A stretch of DNA of 64,000 bases from Eutreptiella sp. 'Long Island Sound 2002'. Lineage: Eukaryota > Protista > Euglenida. Numbering within the stretch: the stretch's first letter is position 1; each line of letters opens with the position of its first letter. The position numbers were made by a program, and so were the translations under genes. Positions 23,401 through 34,825 of this stretch are shown here, piece by piece. A model generated the notes under the pieces. That model was not told the origin of the DNA. It ran no database searches and worked only from the letters and a program-made list of their open reading frames with translations. The DNA lies in contig OZ038378.1 in assembly GCA_964036045.1 (NCBI GenBank), forward strand, positions 172,236,001-172,300,000, in the 5' to 3' direction.

Positions 23401-26400
23401 TTCGACCTTTCTGAACACTGTACGGAATGCATCTGAGCTGCTCGCAGACAAGGTGCGGTGAAGGGCACAGCAAGTGAAAAGTGTCCGAACACGGGCAAAG
23501 CGTCTGCTGCCGTTCGTCTCTCCGGACCTTGTGATGGTTGCTGGAGGGTTTTGCAGGATGTTGGAGTCTTTGGGAGTGTAGAAAGAAGTTGCGTGGTTGA
23601 ACGCCGTACAGGTGAAGGATAGTTGAATGTTGTAGAGAATTTTCGAGGGGTTGCCGAGGTTGGAAAAGGGTGTACAGGCCTGTACAGGGTTGTTGCAGGT
23701 GCCAGAGGCTTGTGGGAGGTTGTTGAGCATTGAGGGTCGTGACTGGTCAATTCAGTGTTTTATTTCGAGGGAGCGACTTTGCCGTCCCAACTCCACACTT
23801 CATGTATCACCAATGCTCCAACCAAATCTGCATGTACCACAAACCACCGCCGGTATGCCTTCACAACCGTCTATAAGTGTCGCAGCTACGGTCACCACAA
23901 CCGCTTCTGTAACCCCGCTACTTCAGCGAAACCCTCTTGGATACCCCTGTGCAGATATGTCTCTCAGCCTCTCATATTCATCTCCAGACAAGTTGCAAAC
24001 GCCGAAAATTTTGGGTGATTGATGGCGGCTGCCTGTTTGACTCCGTGCGTGTCCGGCAGCTCCCTTCGCTGCATTCTCAAGAGTCGACCCGCCCGCTCCA
24101 GAAGGGGGCTGTCATCGAGGAGTTAGAGCGCCACAGGGATTGGATCAGGCACAACGGCGGATGGTCTGTGGTCACATATGACAACATCACCATGTTGCGA
24201 CGATGTACCAAGGTGTGCTATCGGGTTAGTGTGTCTGGTGCGTGAGCGTGTTGTGTGGCATCAGCGACCATCCGCACTAGCTGCTCTGGCGGTGAGTGTC
24301 GGAGAGCGAAAAATTTCCCATCTTTCCGTCGGTGAGTGCGGTGACTTGCTTTTTACAAAGGGCACTGTGGGGAAGGTCTGTGACCTACGGAAAGATGGGG
24401 AAAATGAATAATGGATATTTCGTCCCATGTTTCTACCATTCTTCTCCCTTTTTCCTCTCGTTTCCCCCCATTCCCCCCCACCTTCCCACTCTGGAAGTTG
24501 TTCCTACACTTTCCATCCTAATCTGGTGATAATTCCCCATCCCCCCCTCATTTTCCCCCGCCCACCCCCTCATTTCCCCCTACTGCCCCCCATTTCCCCC
24601 GTTTTCCTGATTTTTCCAGACTCAAAAATCCTGGTTTGGTGAGTTGGTGAGTTCGGTGGCGGATGCTCGTCCCAGGTATCTGATGTCTCATGCTACTGTT
24701 TACTGCTTTGTGCCTGGTATGTGGAGCTTGGTGCTCACCCTGGAGTGGCACCACGCGCAACATTTAGCTGTGAAGCGTGTGGACAGGAATAACTGTACCA
24801 CTTCCCCCCTCTTCACATGAAGTCAGTGGAGGTACTCAAGCAGGCAACAACAAGCACGTCACCGAATTGTTGTGCCCATCACTCCGTCTCGTCGCAAATT
24901 GCTCTCCCTGTGGACTGACGACTGCCCTTCCCAACATCTCGAGTGTTGAGTCAAAAGTCATGCTGCGTATCGGGGTCTGCAGCTACACGTCAGCCCCCTA
25001 GGCCTGCTATTGATGAATTCTTGAGTTGGAGTCAGCAACGCCAGGTGAGTATCAAGCATTACCAAGTGAGAACCAATCAACCAGTGGTTGGCAGGGTAGC
25101 GCGTCATCCAACCCTCGGTGATGACCTAATGCCTGACAGGTACGGGGTTCAGCCAGGCGCCCAAGGAGAGAGGGGGGTGGGGAATTTTGATTCCCAGCTC
25201 TTCGAAGACAATTTATTTCTCCAGCACACTGCAAAGCATCACGAGGGTACCTGACCCGGAGAATGGAAAATAGCGTCTTTTCGCCCCTTCCCGTTGGATG
25301 GGACAAGGTGTAGCGGCGTCTCTGGCACCAACACAGGGTTCCCCGCACATGAGTCAGGGAGCCCCGACGGGAGCACAGGCAGAGGCAGAGGGCAATGGTG
25401 GTATTGCGCACTCTACACAGGGACAGTGGTGCCCAATGCAGGCCCTGTGCACGCTTGCCCCTGCCCCTACCCTGGCTCTTACCTCTGCCCCTACCGCTGC
25501 CCCTTCCATTGCCCTTACTCCTACCCCTGCCCTCCCTACCCCTAAGCACACCAGCATAGGGAGGGGGGACGGTTTTCCCTCCCCTGTGCGTCGCAGCATT
25601 GGGTGGAGGGACGGCGTTCTCACTCTGTGCACAGCACCACAGGGCAAAGGGACGTTTCCTCAATCCGGTCCACATCAGCAGACGGCAGAGGCGTGGTTCC
25701 CCACCTCTGTGCACACTTGCACAGGGCGGAGGAATGGGCAGCCAAAGGGAGCTGCACGCACAGGCAGCCTAGGGGAGCCATGTGTGCAGACCACATCAGG
25801 GAGCTGCGCTCGCGGGTGGTAGAGGCTGTACAAGCAGGGAGCTACACGCGCGGGCAGCAGTGGCAGCCAAAGGGAGCCATGCACGCGGGCAGGCAAAGGG
25901 AGCAGTGCATGCGGGTAGTTGCAAGGAGGCGCCCACGTGGGCAGCATGAAGGAGCTGTGGACGCAGGCAGCAGTAGGGAGTTGCACACACACGCAGCAGT
26001 AGGGAGCTGCCCACGTGGGCAGTAGCAAAGAGACACGTACACGGTCGCAGCAAGACGCTTGGCACACGGGCACAGGCAGCGTATGGGAGTTGTGCACACG
26101 GGCAGCAACATGGGGACAGCCAACGGGAGGTATGCACGCAGGCAGCAAGTGGGAGCTGTGCATGTGGGTTGCAGTAGGGAGCTATGCACAGGGCAGTAGG
26201 TGGGTGCCGCAGAGGGTGCAAACAGGGTGGGGATTTCCTCACCGACGGTGGGGGATGAGGCTAGGGCCAAGGCATCCTTGCCATCAGTAGGGAGTGATCT
26301 TTGAGCTGCGCAGGCAGGCAGCGGCTGCAAGCCGCGCACATGGGCAGCAGCAGGTAGCTACGCACCTGCTGCTGTAGTAGTGAGCTGTGCTCCTGAGCAG

Positions 26401-29400
26401 CAGCACCACCCCCGTGCACACTAGAAGGGACAGTTTTTCTAGCCCCGAGCACACCAGTATCGGGCGCAGGGACGGGTTTCCACCCCTATGCACATGAGCA
26501 CAGGGAGAAGGGACGGTTTGCCTGCGGGTGGTGGGGTTCAGTTGGTGAGGTAGTGGTGCAACTGCCCCGCACAGGCTGCACCTCTGATCCCGGGGGGTCC
26601 CCGGGATGGATGGCGGCAACTGTCCGGCCTGACTTGGAAGGTGGTTTGGGAGAGTGGGCCAGCCACCTTGACAACGGACAATGTGCCCTTGCAAAGGCCC
26701 GGAGATATCCAACGGACTTGCACAGTCATTCTTCGTGCAACATGGGAAGTTGCAATGCCCCAATCGTGCCCTGCAGGAGATCCACCGCTGTGTGCCACCC
26801 ACGCACCTGTCTTCTGTCCTCCCATTCGGTCACTGTCATTTGTGCGATTGTGCGGGCCGATGCATCCATTGGATTTCTCAGGGCTCTTTGAGGCAGCGCG
26901 TAGGCAGGGGTGATCCCAAAAGGGGCTTGGTGTCGGGCCACTTGTGTTTGGTGTGGAAATGTTATGTCTCGCTGGTTCCTGCTAGTGAGCACCCCGGAGG
27001 ATCAATCTACACCTGATGTGTGACTCAGCAAGACCCACTCAGACCTGATGTGTGACTCAGTAGGACCCAACCACACCTGATGTGGGACTGAGTCGGACCC
27101 CATTGCACCTGATATGGGACACAATGGGACAGTGTGGGACTCGGTATGTCTGTGTGTGAGTGTCTGTTGCAGTTTGGTGCGTGGTGCATGCCCCCTTCTT
27201 TCACCAGCTGGGTGCTCCGCTCACTGAGGAGGAGTTGCTTCTAGAGGCGATGTGCATGCCAAGTCCTGTGGGCAGTCCCCGCAACAGTAACAGGTCAGTG
27301 GCATTGTGCTCCTTTTCTTTCTTTGTTGCTCTGATCCGGGGGTGCACCCTGGGACCGTGTACCATTGAGGGCAGGTGCAGGCCAGGGTTTTGGTTTAGAT
27401 TGGTTGAGCAGCGGTCATAAAAGCAGCTCTTTTGGGGCGGTTGGAGACGTTTGGTTTGGGGACAGTCACGGGCAATTGCGAGGGTGAAGACGGGGTGGCT
27501 GCTTGAGGGTGACACAGGCGTTGCAGGCCATGAGAAAGCACAATGGTACCACCCCTGGTCAGGCTATTGCTTAAGGAGAAACCCCGGGGGGTGGGGGATC
27601 AGAGGCCAGAAAAAAGTTTGTGTACCGAAAATGGGCCTGGAATTTCCGGCCCCTTTGATAAATTTTTTGCCCGAGGAAAATGGGTGGGTCGGCCGGGGCT
27701 GGCCAGGGCCCCAAACAGACCCCCCCCTCCCTCGGGGTCTTTAAGCAATAGCCTGCCCGTGGTGAACCCGGCACAACCGGAAAAAGCATGGAACCCTCGC
27801 GTTTTTATGGCAATTTTGTCCCCCTGAACTCACAAAAAATGCATCACCGGCTGAAATGTGCCCAGGTTCATTGAAACTCTTTGTTGTACACCTGCAAAAC
27901 ACATATTTGGGTAGATCTATGCGCCAATGCGCTGAGAAATCGGTGAATGCCTAAAATAGGGCTCCGCATGGCAGTAGTTTGAGCCTTTTCGTGCTTCATG
28001 CAGAGGTTGCCATCTCCATTGTCAGACTCAGCCGTGTGCAATGGGTTTGGTGTGGTGTGGTACCATCTACATGTATTCTGGGCCTGATGCATGCCACAGG
28101 AGGCGTCCTACAACCAAATGCAACAATTGCATCGACGGTAGCTGTGACCTTCCCCAGCTTTGTTGGCGCATTTGTGCAACAATTACTAGTTTGGTGTGCT
28201 TGGGTGTGCAATTCTAGTATGAACTGATTTGCTGGCAGGATCATACAAACAGGTGCATGCCATCTCTGCAAATAACCAAGTAAGATTCGTTCCCCAAAGG
28301 TGTGCAGCATATTGTTGTGCAAATGCTACCAATCAGCACATTGTGGTGCTGACTGTTGAGGGGCTGTAGTTGCATCTGTGGTGCCCGCTATGCCAATGGG
28401 GCACAATGCAGAGCATTAAATAGTCACTGTGCTGGTGGCTGGCGTTGCACAAACGTGCACGTGTGGGACAGTACTTCCACGCAGGAGTGAACCTGTGAAA
28501 GCCAAAAGAGGTGTCTCATGTCATAGCAAGCTGGTTCAATAGGTGTCCTGGTGTACGAGACCCCCATTTTACAGAAAAGAACCCGGCTGTACATGCTGGA
28601 TGGCTGCCTGTTATCCAGATGATAAGTATCAGCATCGCTGCAATTCTGGTTATGGACAGTCAAATGTGTGCAACCGGAGAACAGAAAGATGGTAACAGCT
28701 GAATGTCAGACCTCTTTGGTCTTACATTGCTACACTCCTGCACAAGTGAATGTTACAAGGGGGTGGTTGGGGGGGGCTACAACGCCACCGGCATGGGGGT
28801 TGTTTTGTGTGTGTGCTGTGTCAGTGCACAAAATGTCCCACAGGATGTGGTGACTACAACCTCAACCATCGACACATCACGGGGGCAGCAATAGAAAGTG
28901 CATAACAGTATCGGCAATTGTGGACAATAAGGCTTGCGTTACTGTTTGCAGGGCTTGCATGGATCTGTTCCCTGTATTCTTGGGGCTGCTCCACCATCAT
29001 TTGTATTCTTTACTGGATAGATTGGCCCAGAACAAAATAGATGGTACCACCCCTTGCTGCGAAACCCATAGCGCAGGGATGCCCCTGACATCTGAGATGG
29101 CGACCTCTGCATGCAACATGGATAAAGGTCTCACACCGCTGTCATGAAGTACCCCATTTTAACAGTATTGCTGCCAGTGGCAAATGGTAGGCCTCAACAG
29201 ATCAGGTACGAGATGGTCCCCCAGCAGTGTACAGCAGTACACACCCGATGTTCAGCCCCCTGAAATACAGAAATGTACCAATGTTGGCGCAAACGCGCCC
29301 AGACCCACTGAAACTCTTATTTTGCACCCCGAAACGACTTATGTAGGCCAATTGAGGCGCAGTACCTGCGCCAGTATACCCGCACCATTTTTCGTCCTCC

Positions 29401-31116
29401 CCACCACCAAGGACACAGAATTGTGAGGCTGCCTGGTTGAGATCAATATCTGGGCGCCTAAGGGGACAAAATGCGTGTTTATGAACGAAACATTGCTCTC
29501 ACTGGAATCGCGCGGGTGAGGGTTTGAGCTGCCCATGCTTGCGGTGCTGTCATCCGCACACGGCCTCATCTGTCGTCCAAAGTCCAAGGAGGCCCTGAGC
29601 AGTGGAAGTATTGAACCTTGATTTCAACTGGCCCAGAGTGTTTCAAGCCGGTGAGGCGTTACCTGAGGCCACTCTGGATGCTGGTGGCAGGTTTCATGTG
29701 CTCACTCTTTCGCACTGCAGGACGTCTACGCTGAGCGCCGCTGCCGAGGCTGAAGCAGCCGCGTGGTTCGCATCGCAGAGGGGCCTGCCTGCTTCCGATT
29801 GCGGGTTCACGCTCAGAAGCATTGATGAAGACAGCGACCTCGAGCGCGATTCTGTAGAATTGGTCCGGCTCTTTGCCACTGGTGGAAGGGCACTGTGCAG
29901 AGACAGCGGCTTCTGGGAATCACGGCCCGTTCCCCTTCCCCGCCTACACCATTGCCCCCCACACCACGCTTCGCCCCCCCCCCCCCCCCCGCCTAGGTTT
30001 CATGGGATACTGTGGTGGGTGGTGGGTGAGCTCCATTGGTTGCCCATGGGTAATGTGGCATCCAGTGGCAGGGCTCGAGGAAAAGAGGGATAAAACGTCG
30101 AGAAATGGGGCTTGGAATAACCCATGGCATGTGCCCGCAGGCCATCCGTGTGCCCAATCAGGTGGCCTTGGTTGCTGCAAACAAAGCAGTATGGTAACAC
30201 ACATTCATCAGGGCCGATGTCCTATACATTGCATGGGCTCATTATCCAGGCTGTGCTTGATCGCCAAATATCTCCAAAACGCATATGCGCTTTTTGATAA
30301 AAAAAATGGCACCAATGCAAATGCAGGGGAGGGCCTGCCTCTGCTTGCAAGCCCTGCTTTCGCCCCTCCTTCCCCCCTCCATCCCCCGACTTTTGTAAAG
30401 GCTGCTAGGTGTAAGTTTGCAAACACCAGCAGGGGTATGGATGCCACATAGACAGTATGCTGCATTGATGAGCAGTGGGACAGACGTTCCACGCTCACCC
30501 TCCACTCCAGATAGACACCGGTCTGAAACAGGGGCGTTCTCTTGAACCCCACTGGCAATGTTCAATCGAAAAAGTGAAAGGAGGACCCCCCCCCACCCCC
30601 CACGGTTTCAGATGGGCCTGGACAGGGGGCCACCACCACCAGGGACTGCCACCCCTTAGGGAAGATGCTATCTGGGCGGGGCAGCCCCACCACTGCCAGA
30701 CAAAGCCAGTCACGGTCTCGAGGAGAGCCTGACTTCCATACGATGGGGTGGGGGTCTCATGCACACTCAGTTCGGTGTCTCCTGCGTACGAGTGGCCAGG
30801 ATCCCGGTGTCTCAGTCCACTGAACTGCGGCCGTGTATGAGTGGGACGGTCCAACGGGATTTTCCATGGCCTTCACTGTCACAAGAGGTCTTGTGGACCA
30901 GCAGGGTTTAACCCTCAGAGTGTCCTGCATGGCCTGGAATCCCTGTACCAGCAGCCACAAGGAGGCACAGCTGCCAGTGCACAGCTCCCAGTGAAAGAGA
31001 GTGGCGAGCTGATGCACTTGGGCACAATGGTAACAGGGGCTGCCGCTGGCTGAACCCTAGCCTAGCTACTGCGGGAGACGCTGTTGATGACTGAGGAGGA
31101 ACCAGAACACGCATAG
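20491..31116 (+). CDS. Gene 2: multi-exon protein of unknown function; one exon is SH3-like
   Basis: Phase-consistent GT-AG chain: 20491-20585, 20718-20808, 21043-21124, (21244-21321), 22221-22339, 23209-23259, 23384-23452, 24060-24212 (RPLQKGAVIEELERHRDWIRHNGGWSVVTYDNITMLRR, SH3-like), 24827-24942, 25002-25044, 27208-27293, 29721-29862, 30771-30887, 31066-31116 (LLRETLLMTEEEPEHA*). The first and last exons are the least certain. Confidence 0.6.
21401..21905 (+). repeat. Two units of about 230 bp, each with internal ~24-bp subrepeats
   Basis: GGCCAAAAAT(C/T)TGCACATTC at ~21401 and ~21629; subrepeat AACACAATATACGACTGCACC. Confidence 0.8.
22785..23115 (-). mobile_element. Interspersed repeat of about 330 bp (MITE-like), copy 1
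   Basis: Its reverse complement is near-identical to 50146-50425; C-run termini; internal hairpin GTGCATC-CA-GATGCAC. Confidence 0.8.
25745..26200 (+). repeat. Degenerate GC-rich minisatellite (GGGAGCTGCACGCGGGCAGC-type units)
   Basis: Repeated GGGAGC...GGGCAGCA blocks. Confidence 0.75.
26995..27135 (+). repeat. Tandem repeat of about 33 bp, 4 units
   Basis: CACCTGATGTG(T/G)GACT core recurring about every 33 bp. Confidence 0.85.
27560..27755. mobile_element. hAT-like MITE in a gene 2 intron
   Basis: 15-bp TIR CAGGCTATTGCTTAA / TTAAGCAATAGCCTG; 8-bp flanks CCCCTGGT and CCCGTGGT (7/8 match). Confidence 0.75.
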
Positions 31117-31635
31117 ACTGGTGTGGCGATACGCTGCTGCGTGCACGTACTACATACACAGATACTGCAAAGCAACCCCTAGATCCCGCAAGAACTACTG
31201 TAGGCCGAGACTGCGACAGGAAGACTGTGCCTGGATTGGCTGCTGGGAGACGCTGCGGGAGTCCAAAACTGGCACCTGAGCACATTTACGCCCCATACTT
31301 CAGGCCCACGCTGCACATGGAGAGCGGCGTGGGGCCACAGGTTGGGTGTTGTCCAAGACCAAGACCTCCCCCCTCCCCCCTCCCCCTAGACCCCCTTCCC
31401 CCCTGCCTCCGCCATCTCAGGCACAAGGTTGCCCACACCCAAGCAGGGAGACAATGAATTGCGACAAAACCCCCATCAGATGCTTTGTGGGTCGGTCACA
31501 GTATGGCTGGTTTTCTCCACCCCTTTGTGGGACACACAGGGGGAGCCTTAAGCGCAGTGCGCGCGCAGTGCAACTATTTGGGCGTCTGGCCGTACTAGAG
31601 ACCCATACTTTGTGATACTAGGGGCCCCTAGGGGC

Positions 31636-31910
31636 ATCATGGTGACCCGTAGCGTAGGTTTTGACTTCTGATTTTGTCCCCCTTTGTTGGGGACCCCCGA
31701 GAATGCAAGGGTGGTGTAGCATTTCCGCCCTCTTTTGGCCCCCAACCTTCCGGTGCTATTGAGGAAACCGGGACAATCTTTGAATCCACGCTTTGTTGCG
31801 TGGTGCATCATGGTGACCCTTGGCCTAGGTTTTGACTTCTGATTTTGTTCCCCTTCTTTTGGGGACCCCCGAGAATGCAGGGGTGACGTAGCATTTCCGC
31901 CCTCTTTTGG
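31636..31910 (+). repeat. Tandem duplication of about 170 bp related to the GGTTATGTAGCC family
   Basis: GCATCATGGTGACCC...GAGAATGCA.GGGT...GTAGCATTTCCGCCCTCTTTTGG occurs twice. Confidence 0.85.
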
Positions 31911-31914
31911 GCAT

Positions 31915-32235
31915 TTGCAGCAATTTTTGATTCGAAGACAGGTACGGTACCCTCCATATGGTCCATGGGAACACGTACCTGCACATGTATGGACCGCACC
32001 TACACAGGAGGACAATGATGATGAGGATGTTGTGGGTGATGATGGGGATGTTTGTGCCCTTTGTTGCACCAAGTTTGACACTGAAAAGATGTCCATGTGT
32101 GACAAGTGTGAATTGCAATATTGTACGGATTGCATTGACACGCACACATGTGACAGTGTGACATTTGGGTCACCTAATTCTAAGGGCGTTTCCAAGGGGT
32201 GTGCTTGGGTTCTCTTCCGGGGGAACATAGTCTAA
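31915..32235 (+). other. Small ORF with an acidic tract and a C-x2-C-x11-C-x2-C-x4-C-x2-C-x3-H-x-C zinc-binding motif, inside a repeat element
   Basis: EDNDDEDVVGDDGDVCALCCTKFDTEKMSMCDKCELQYCTDCIDTHTC. Confidence 0.45.
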
Positions 32236-34475
32236 AAGTAGCGCGCAGTGCGCGCGCAGTGCAAAGATTCCCCCACAGAATCTTCACTCGAACACAATGG
32301 CAGCAGACAGGCACAAATATGATGCCCCAGCAACGTGGAACAAATGGGCGGTGGTGGGATGCCTGGTCCACATTCGTGACCCCCCCACCCCACACACACA
32401 TTATTGGTGGAGAGCACCTAAACATCATGGTCTGGGGATGGACGCCACGAGGGCATATTGGGCGGAAAGTCCAGTGTGCAGGCGACCAAGGACGACTTTC
32501 GTAATCCGCTCATTGGCCTCCCTTGACCCTCAAGTCGTGCACTGTATTTCTTCGTTCCACAGGGCGCGAATGAGGGCAATACCGTAAATCAAAGGCTGAT
32601 GGCGAACTGCATCATGTGGGGTTCAGCCGTCAATTCCCGAGTGTAGTCGCAGGTCTGTAGATCCAGGGCCTGCAAATCTGCTGTGTTCCCAGAATTTTGA
32701 CAAGTCCCCTGTTTGTGCGCGCGCGTGTGTGTGTGTGCATTGTGCTGTGTGTGTATTGTGCTGTGTCCTATCATATTAAGACAGAGTCAATCAGTCAGCA
32801 TCGGTCGGTAGAAATCAGGTACGTGGGGCCAGGGGTCAGTCTGTGGCCGCAACAGCCCCCAGCCCCTTCCTTTCTCCCTTCCTTTTCGACAGATAGTCCC
32901 CCGGCAACGACCTTTGAATGCCCGAAAAAAAGACATTCCATTCGGGAATTTGGGAAATTCCATTGCGTTCGGTAAGTCCACCTCACAGAGAACTGCTCCT
33001 ACCCACTGACCACAAAGTGGGCCAAGCATTTCGCCTAGATCCAATCAAATGGGCTGATATAGTCCGAAAACAGCCTTTTTTTACGGGCCCATGGACGCCA
33101 ATAGGTGGACATAGTTGGTGCTGTATGGCTCCCCGAGGGTTGGTATGTACTCCTATTGTCACCAAATGATGACTCAAGCCTGCCCCAGCCCACGGACTTT
33201 GTCAGTCGTCACCCAAAAATCTTACAGTCAACCCATGTGAGCATGAAAACGGCGAACTGCTAATCAGTGTGGCGGACCCGGGATGCCCCCCATTGGTTCA
33301 CGGGTCCATATAGAAGAAACAAGTTGCATGGGAAAGTTTTTTTTGAACAATGCCGGAGAGACACAGAGATGTCTATGGCGCGACCCAAGGTCAAAGCAGT
33401 AGTGCACCCACCCGCCGCCCACAATCGCAATATCCCTCTCCCACCCCCAAGACACAAAGGACCTCAACCAACGCAACCGGGTCATATGAACGACATGGTC
33501 CTGGATACTGGTTGTACTACACGCCAACCAACGCGCCTTTATGGAACAGTGTGTACCCTGCTTTGGATGCAGGCCTTTCTCATGATTTGAAGGTTATCCA
33601 TCCGCACTCCTCCGGCCCACCATGCACACGAAACACTGGCTGGATAGCACGAGCATCAACACGCAAACAGCGACACCCAATAGCCCACGAGAGCGATGCA
33701 TCCGTTGGTGAGGGTCAGGCACGGATGGGGGGCACACACATGCACAACGGGCAAACACATGCACGGCGGCCTCAGACATGGGCACCGGTCCCCAAAGAGT
33801 GGTCTGTCTCAGACCCCCGCCCGCTCCGCTCCAAAGCGTCCGTTGCTTTGTGGCCAGGAGTGGGTGCCAAGTCGGAGCCCTCCTCCGCCTCTATGGCTCA
33901 GCAGTTGGCGGAGGTATATTTTCCAATGAAGCCCCAATTTTCTTTAGGACTTTGCCATATTTGTAGCCTCATGGGGCCGACCCCCAAGTTGCACGAAGCC
34001 CACCGGCTGTAACAGGCACACACCACGGCATGAGGTGACACTCCGGGAGGCCCAACATACAGCCACATGTCCGGCTCTGTCATGCATTTGGGAACCACTG
34101 CTCGCTGGCAGTTGGCGCGTTTGCACGGGTATAAATGGCTGCTGGGGCTTTGAGATGCGGTTTGCGAATATGGCGCGCCCCGGGGGGGGGGGGGGGGAGG
34201 GAGGCGAGTTGGTTGCCGTGTAGTACCACCAAAGGATAATTTTAGAGAGGGACAAATTTGATGTGGACAAATTTGGAAGCCCTACCTCGTACCAAATATT
34301 TCCTTCAATTTTAAGGATGCGATGTGTCAAAATGTGTGCACCACGCATGGGCTGCAGGAGGGGTGGGTTTTTTGCGCGCTGCATGCAGTGTGAATGCGCA
34401 ACAAAGATGAGACGTGGTGTCAAGTGACACTGCGTTCTCTGTAGGTCCTCAAGACCGCCGATGTTCACAGCAGAA

Positions 34476-34825
34476 GGATATCAGCAGCCATCCAGAGGCC
34501 ACCAGGAAAGAACAGCAACCATCCAGAGCCCATCAGGAAATATCAGCAGCCATCCCATCCAGAGGCCACCAGGAAATAAAAGCAACCATCCAGAGCCCAT
34601 CAGGAAATAACAGCAACCATCCAGAGCCCATCAGGAAATATCAGCAGCCATCCAGAGGCCACCAAGAAATAACAGCAGCCATCCAGAGCCCACCAGGAAA
34701 TAAAAGCAACCATCCAGAGCCCATCAGGAAATATCAGCAGCCATCCAGAGGCCACCAAGAAATAACAGCAGCCATCCAGAGGCCACCAGGAAATAGCAGC
34801 CATCCACCAGGAAGCAACAGCAAGG
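34476..34825 (+). repeat. 31-bp minisatellite, about 11 units
   Basis: CAGCA(G/A)CCATCCAGAG(GC/CC)CA(C/T)CAGGAAATA; relatives at 8270-8370, 10440-10570, 44125-44160 and 2820-2880 (reverse). Confidence 0.92.

Noticed and set aside
26995-27135. CRISPR-like regular repeats
   Set aside because: The whole ~33-bp unit, including the would-be spacer, is homologous between copies. There are only four units, no cas genes, and the context is eukaryotic; it is a minisatellite.
31548-31551. TTAA as a piggyBac target site
   Set aside because: No matching inverted terminus or second TTAA boundary was found; the flanking repeats are direct, not inverted.
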